A DNA stretch of 64,000 nucleotides from Luteimonas sp. (GTDB lineage: Bacteria; Pseudomonadota; Gammaproteobacteria; Xanthomonadales; Xanthomonadaceae): assembly GCA_052108555.1 (NCBI GenBank), contig JBQEAV010000009.1, positions 3,628-67,627 of the forward strand. The letters are read 5' to 3'. The notes beneath the pieces are model-generated. The model was not told the DNA's origin. It did no database searches and worked only from the letters and a program-made list of their open reading frames with translations. A program made the position numbers and the translations under genes. Positions 62,297 to 64,000 of this stretch are shown here, one piece after another. Position 1 is the stretch's first letter. Each line of letters starts with the position of its first letter.

Positions 62297-63625
62297 ATGT
62301 CATTCGTTCGCAAAATCGCATTCAAGTGCTGTCTGGCCGCGTGCTTCACGCTGATTTCCGCGCCCCTGGCCGTCGCGCAGGAGCGGCGCGCGCTGCCCGC
62401 GCAGAGCATCGATCTCTACGGCGGCCAGGTACAGGTCTATCGGCTTGACCGGAACCTGGCCCGGGTCGCGGTCGGAAACGGCGACCTGATCGAAGTCACG
62501 ACAGTGGACAAGAACCAGATCGTGCTGATCGCCGGCACTTCGACATCCGGGGTCACCACGCTGCACCTGTGGTACGAGGACGGCTCGCAACGCACCCTGA
62601 GCGTGCGGGTGTCCGGCGCGCTGCGGCCCGACGCCGCCTCGGCCATTGCCGAGATGCTCGGTCCGGACACCAAGGTCCGGCTCAACGAGATCGGCGGCAA
62701 TCTCGTGCTGTCCGGCGAGCTGGGTTCGCACGAAGTGCAGCGCATCGATGTGATCAAGCAGGTCTACGGCAACATCATCGACCTCACCAGCGCCGATCCG
62801 GTCGACATGAAGCCGATGGTGCTCATGGACGTCCGGGTGATGGAGTTCAACCGGAATGCGCTGCGTGATCTCGGCGTACGTTGGGATCCGATCATCAACG
62901 GTCCAGACGGCGGCTACATCAAGGACTTCACCAACTCCGGATACCGGATCCTGCCCGACGGCAGCCCGTTCGAGGATCTGGTCGGAGATCTGCCGTCGCG
63001 GATCAATCCCGGGCAGGGCTACTTCGGGATCGCGACCACCATCGGCTCCCAGATCGACATCCTCGAAACATCCGGCATGGCGTGGGAACTGGCATCGCCG
63101 CAGCTCAGCGCACGCAGTGGCAGCGAGGCGAAGTTCCTTGCGGGCGGGCGCATTCCGATCCCCGTGCAGAGCGGGTTCGGTCAGACCACGGTGCAGTACG
63201 AGGACTACGGCATCCAGTTGGAAATCACGCCGCACGTCAACGGCAACAACGAGATCATGGCGATGATCCGCACCGAGGTGAGCAAGCTCGACCCGACGGT
63301 GACGGTACTCGGGGTTCCCGGCTTCCTGACGCGTGAAACGGAGACGGAATTCAACGTTTCCGCCGGCGAGACTATCGTCCTGTCGGGACTGGTGGACATC
63401 ACCGCGTCGGAAATCATGGAAGGCCTGCCAGGCCTGAGCCGGATCCCGATCCTGGGCAAGTTGTTCGGCTCGGAGTCCTATCGGGCGGGACGGACGGATC
63501 TGGTGATCTTCGTCACCCCGCGCGTCGTAACGCCCGGCTCGCCCCGCAACATCCAGGACATCGAGCGCTCGGATCGCATGCTCGAGAACTTCCGCAACAC
63601 GATCGGCGGAAGCATCTTCGACTGA
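62297..63625 (+). CDS. cpaC: Tad secretin CpaC/RcpA
   Basis: RVAVGNG, A.FLAGG.IP, YGIQLEITP, GLPGLSRIPILGKLF, LVIFVTP. Confidence 0.92.
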   Translation: MSFVRKIAFKCCLAACFTLISAPLAVAQERRALPAQSIDLYGGQVQVYRLDRNLARVAVGNGDLIEVTTVDKNQIVLIAGTSTSGVTTLHLWYEDGSQRTLSVRVSGALRPDAASAIAEMLGPDTKVRLNEIGGNLVLSGELGSHEVQRIDVIKQVYGNIIDLTSADPVDMKPMVLMDVRVMEFNRNALRDLGVRWDPIINGPDGGYIKDFTNSGYRILPDGSPFEDLVGDLPSRINPGQGYFGIATTIGSQIDILETSGMAWELASPQLSARSGSEAKFLAGGRIPIPVQSGFGQTTVQYEDYGIQLEITPHVNGNNEIMAMIRTEVSKLDPTVTVLGVPGFLTRETETEFNVSAGETIVLSGLVDITASEIMEGLPGLSRIPILGKLFGSESYRAGRTDLVIFVTPRVVTPGSPRNIQDIERSDRMLENFRNTIGGSIFD

Positions 63626-63697
63626 TTCTCGTCCGGATGTCGGACCTCCGGGCGTCACCTGTCTCCATTCCCCCCAAAAAAACTGGAAGCTGCATTC

Positions 63698-64000
63698 GTG
63701 TTCAGCGTGTTGGTCGATACCGGTCGCAATGAAACCAGGCGCATCAAGTGCCTAAACAACGAGTGCGGGATCGGCAGGGGTGAGGAGAACCTCGTCGTCC
63801 TGCAGGGCTGGAGCATTTCAGCCCAGCACGCGACCATCCGGTCCCGTTCCGAGGGCATCTTCATCAAATCGCTTGGTGGCCGTGCTGCGATCCGGCTCAA
63901 CGGCAAGGCGGTGAAGAACGAGGACGGGCCGATCGGAAATGCCGACGTGGTGGAGATCGGCGACTATCGCATCCGTGTGCTGTCGGAGGCGGGAAGTCAG
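63698..64000 (+). CDS. FHA-domain protein, truncated by window end; probably the N-terminus of the CpaF/TadA ATPase
   Basis: GTG start; IGRGEEN.VVL.GW.IS.QHA...LNG......GP....DVVEIGDYRI; position after the secretin. Confidence 0.75.
   Translation, partial: MFSVLVDTGRNETRRIKCLNNECGIGRGEENLVVLQGWSISAQHATIRSRSEGIFIKSLGGRAAIRLNGKAVKNEDGPIGNADVVEIGDYRIRVLSEAGSQ

Overview
High-GC (about 69% by eye) chromosomal segment of a Xanthomonadales/Lysobacteraceae bacterium (Luteimonas/Lysobacter-like, inferred from gene order and repeat types). Core genes: dbpA, folE, argS-SPOR, speA/speE, P-II, ubiK-comM, aceBA with a divergent LysR, and an XRE-regulated hydrolase/ABC operon. Accessory genes: a PhlA/YplA-like phospholipase with an ankyrin lipoprotein, a sigma-54 alcohol/aldehyde operon, and a Tad/Flp pilus locus that runs off the right end. 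The strongest candidate for an undescribed system is a DUF559 (Vsr-like) nuclease gene enclosed by inward-facing 38-bp hairpin+G-tract repeats. The same repeat pair occurs 6 kb away without the gene, a related composite array lies at 29 kb, and the repeats carry a G-quadruplex motif. This suggests a RAYT-independent nuclease/REP-like selfish system. Also notable: the Flp pilin has lost its N-terminal cleavage motif at the edge of a low-GC structured segment, and a SodC homologue lacks two copper ligands. No rRNA, tRNA, CRISPR array, integrase or transposase was seen. All calls come from reading the sequence; no searches were run.
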